Position numbers and translations under genes: made by a program. The notes beneath the pieces were generated by a model. It worked only from the letters and a program-made list of their open reading frames with translations, had not been told where the DNA came from and made no database searches. This document shows, in pieces, positions 40,399 to 41,562 of a stretch of 41,562 nt of DNA (the stretch's first letter is position 1; every line of letters begins with the position of its first letter). The stretch comes from a virus. The stretch covers positions 1 to 41,562 of the IMG/VR virus record IMGVR_UViG_3300035156_000123. One strand, 5' to 3'.

Positions 40399-40699
40399 GG
40401 GAGTGCTCCGGGTTGGGGGTGTCTTGGGTGGCGCATCCCTGCGGGACCGGGCTTTCGCCTTCGGCTACGCCGCTGCGCGTCGTATCGCTGCGCGCTTCAA
40501 TCCCTTGCGCGGCTCGCTGTGCAAGCATCCACGACCACCGCTTTGCATCATTCAGCACACCGTCGAGCCTGTCACGGCCAGCGCTGTATGCAACTTCGAC
40601 GTCATGCCAGTTGCGGTTGCTGATCGCCGCGCCCATTGCCTGAAACTCACGTTCACGAAGCACAACGATCTGTTCAAATTCGTCCTCGGTCATGCTCAT
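40391..40699 (-). CDS. Hypothetical protein
   Basis: The start at 40697-40699 (MSMTEDEFEQI...) is preceded by GGAGAA. Confidence 0.55.
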   Translation of the reverse strand: MSMTEDEFEQIVVLREREFQAMGAAISNRNWHDVEVAYSAGRDRLDGVLNDAKRWSWMLAQRAAQGIEARSDTTRSGVAEGESPVPQGCATQDTPNPEHSHV

Positions 40700-40866
40700 T
40701 GCGGTTCTCCAAGATAGAAGGGCGCCCATTTGTAGCGGGCGTCGTTCGGGCGATCTGGATGCGGGTGAAGCGGGCCGTAGGGCCCCACGATGCTACCCTC
40801 GCTGTTCACCTTAACCGCCAGCCAGCCATCGGGTTCGCACTCAGTCTCCACAGCAATTCCTGACAT
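40696..40866 (-). CDS. Small protein, 56 aa (below the track cutoff)
   Basis: My hand translation is MSGIAVETECEPDGWLAVKVNSEGSIVGPYGPLHPHPDRPNDARYKWAPFYLGEPQ. It has an ATGA overlap with the next start. Confidence 0.4.
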   Translation of the reverse strand: MSGIAVETECEPDGWLAVKVNSEGSIVGPYGPLHPHPDRPNDARYKWAPFYLGEPQ

Positions 40867-41350
40867 CAGCTACGTGTTCACCGCATCCAGGGCAGCGGCC
40901 TTCATGATCGTATTTCCCCGCGCCGCTGTGCTTGTTGGTGGATACGGCAAGGGTGCGGAATGACACAGCGTGGCCTTCGTGAAGGTCGGCGTAATGGTCG
41001 AGACATCCGCAACTATCGCTCAGCTCCATGCCAACCGAGCGCGCTGCTTCTGCGTCAGCCCTGAGTGCTGTCGCGGCGTCGTCGTGCCATTGCGCGGCGG
41101 TTTCCAAGCCACGGTACGCGGCGAGCATGGCGGGCTGGCGAAGTATGCACCGTGCGATTTCCTCGCCCATTCGCTTCGTAATAAGGGCATCGCCGTATTC
41201 GGATCGCCACTCGCGTAACCCTTGCCCAACGGCGTCGACCAACACGACGTCGCACGAAGGATCGAAGCCCGTAGGGTGGAGACCGGAACGGGCTTCATTC
41301 ACGAGAGCCTGATCGGCAACGCCGACGTGCCCAGAAAGATCATTCATCAT
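40841..41350 (-). CDS. Hypothetical Cys/His-rich protein (first gene of the block)
   Basis: 169 aa with a strong AGGAGGG RBS. The C-terminus has CGCLDH...HEGH...CPGCGEH...CCGD. Confidence 0.6.
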   Translation of the reverse strand: MMNDLSGHVGVADQALVNEARSGLHPTGFDPSCDVVLVDAVGQGLREWRSEYGDALITKRMGEEIARCILRQPAMLAAYRGLETAAQWHDDAATALRADAEAARSVGMELSDSCGCLDHYADLHEGHAVSFRTLAVSTNKHSGAGKYDHEGRCPGCGEHVADVRNCCGD

Positions 41351-41435
41351 ACTATCCCTCCTTCAGGGGGTAGAGAGGCAAGGGAGACTTCACAGCTTCT
41401 TCTCCTGTAAAGGGGGATGGGATGCGGGGGTGACA

Positions 41436-41562
41436 GGGGGTGTCATGCTGCGAGGCGGTGCAGGCAGGGGCATCCAGTGCGTAGGCCAGCGCGGCAGTTC
41501 CTTCGGCGTGAGCAACCCGTGCTGACGCAATTGCCCGCGCCAGTTGAACGACAGTCCGCACA
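41436..41562. repeat. Terminal direct repeat, copy 2
   Basis: Identical to bases 1-127. Confidence 0.95.

Larger units (their letters stand above)
1..41562. mobile_element. Complete temperate phage genome, circularly closed contig (unique length about 41,435 bp)
   Basis: Integrase plus attP-like tRNA fragment, CI/Cro-like switch, recombination, replication, packaging, head, tail and lysis modules are all present. There is no flanking host DNA. The first and last 127 bp are identical. Confidence 0.85.

Noticed and set aside
41352-41561. ORF running across the circular junction. It can be extended to a GTG at 157-159 of the first repeat copy, giving about 80 aa on the minus strand.
   Set aside because: My hand-counted third-position GC is about 61%, similar to my by-eye estimate of the genome average. 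It has no ATG start, no RBS and an Ala/Pro-rich composition. The roughly 300-bp region is more likely non-coding. It contains the inverted repeat TGACA-GGGGG-TGTCA at 41431-41445. Possible roles are a promoter, or a pac or regulatory region.
1-41562. A search for CRISPR arrays, a diversity-generating retroelement (template/variable repeat pair plus reverse transcriptase), retron-like elements, transposases, and rRNA or full tRNA genes
   Set aside because: I found no regularly spaced direct repeats. I found no reverse-transcriptase (YxDD) or transposase-like ORF. I noticed no long near-identical repeat pair in the fibre genes when reading by eye. A computational repeat search would be needed to exclude diverged repeats.

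Overview
The window is one complete, GC-rich temperate phage genome assembled as a circle. Bases 1-127 are identical to 41436-41562, so the unique length is about 41,435 bp.

Gene layout:
- Integration module: a tyrosine integrase sits next to a 48-nt copy of the 3' part of a tRNA-Arg(CCG), which I read as attP. An Xis-like ORF lies beside it.
- Leftward early operon (7041 down to 2139): an ERF annealase, a YqaJ-type exonuclease and an HNH-like protein.
- Immunity region: an XRE/CI-like repressor and a divergent Cro-like gene. ATGCAT-based operators occur at two sites about 1.35 kb apart.
- Rightward early operon, translationally coupled: C5 DNA methyltransferase, RusA, a DnaA domain IV-like HTH protein, and a replication protein with an iteron/AT-rich candidate origin inside it.
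- Late genes: TerS, TerL, portal, scaffold, HK97-like capsid, a tail and internal-virion module with no tape-measure, tube or sheath gene that I can recognise (podovirus-like), and a beta-helix tail fibre.
- Lysis cassette: GH24 endolysin, holin candidates and overlapping spanins.
- A block of orphan minus-strand genes between the lysis cassette and attP.

Most interesting observations:
1. The methyltransferase gene contains a fully nested +1-frame ORF. It carries four GWPTP repeats and has the better codon-position GC signal, so it is either an overprinted gene or part of a frame-switching gene.
2. A low-GC, membrane-anchored SGNH esterase sits in the lambda rex-like position downstream of the repressor.
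3. A 1256-aa glycanase plus SGNH-esterase protein, with a small partner ORF, is encoded upstream of the terminase.
4. An RNA polymerase alpha-CTD-like protein sits at the early/late boundary, and intrinsic terminators lie inside the late operon.
5. The orphan accessory block is contiguous with the int operon only in the circular form.

All family assignments come from motifs read by eye. No database search was possible.
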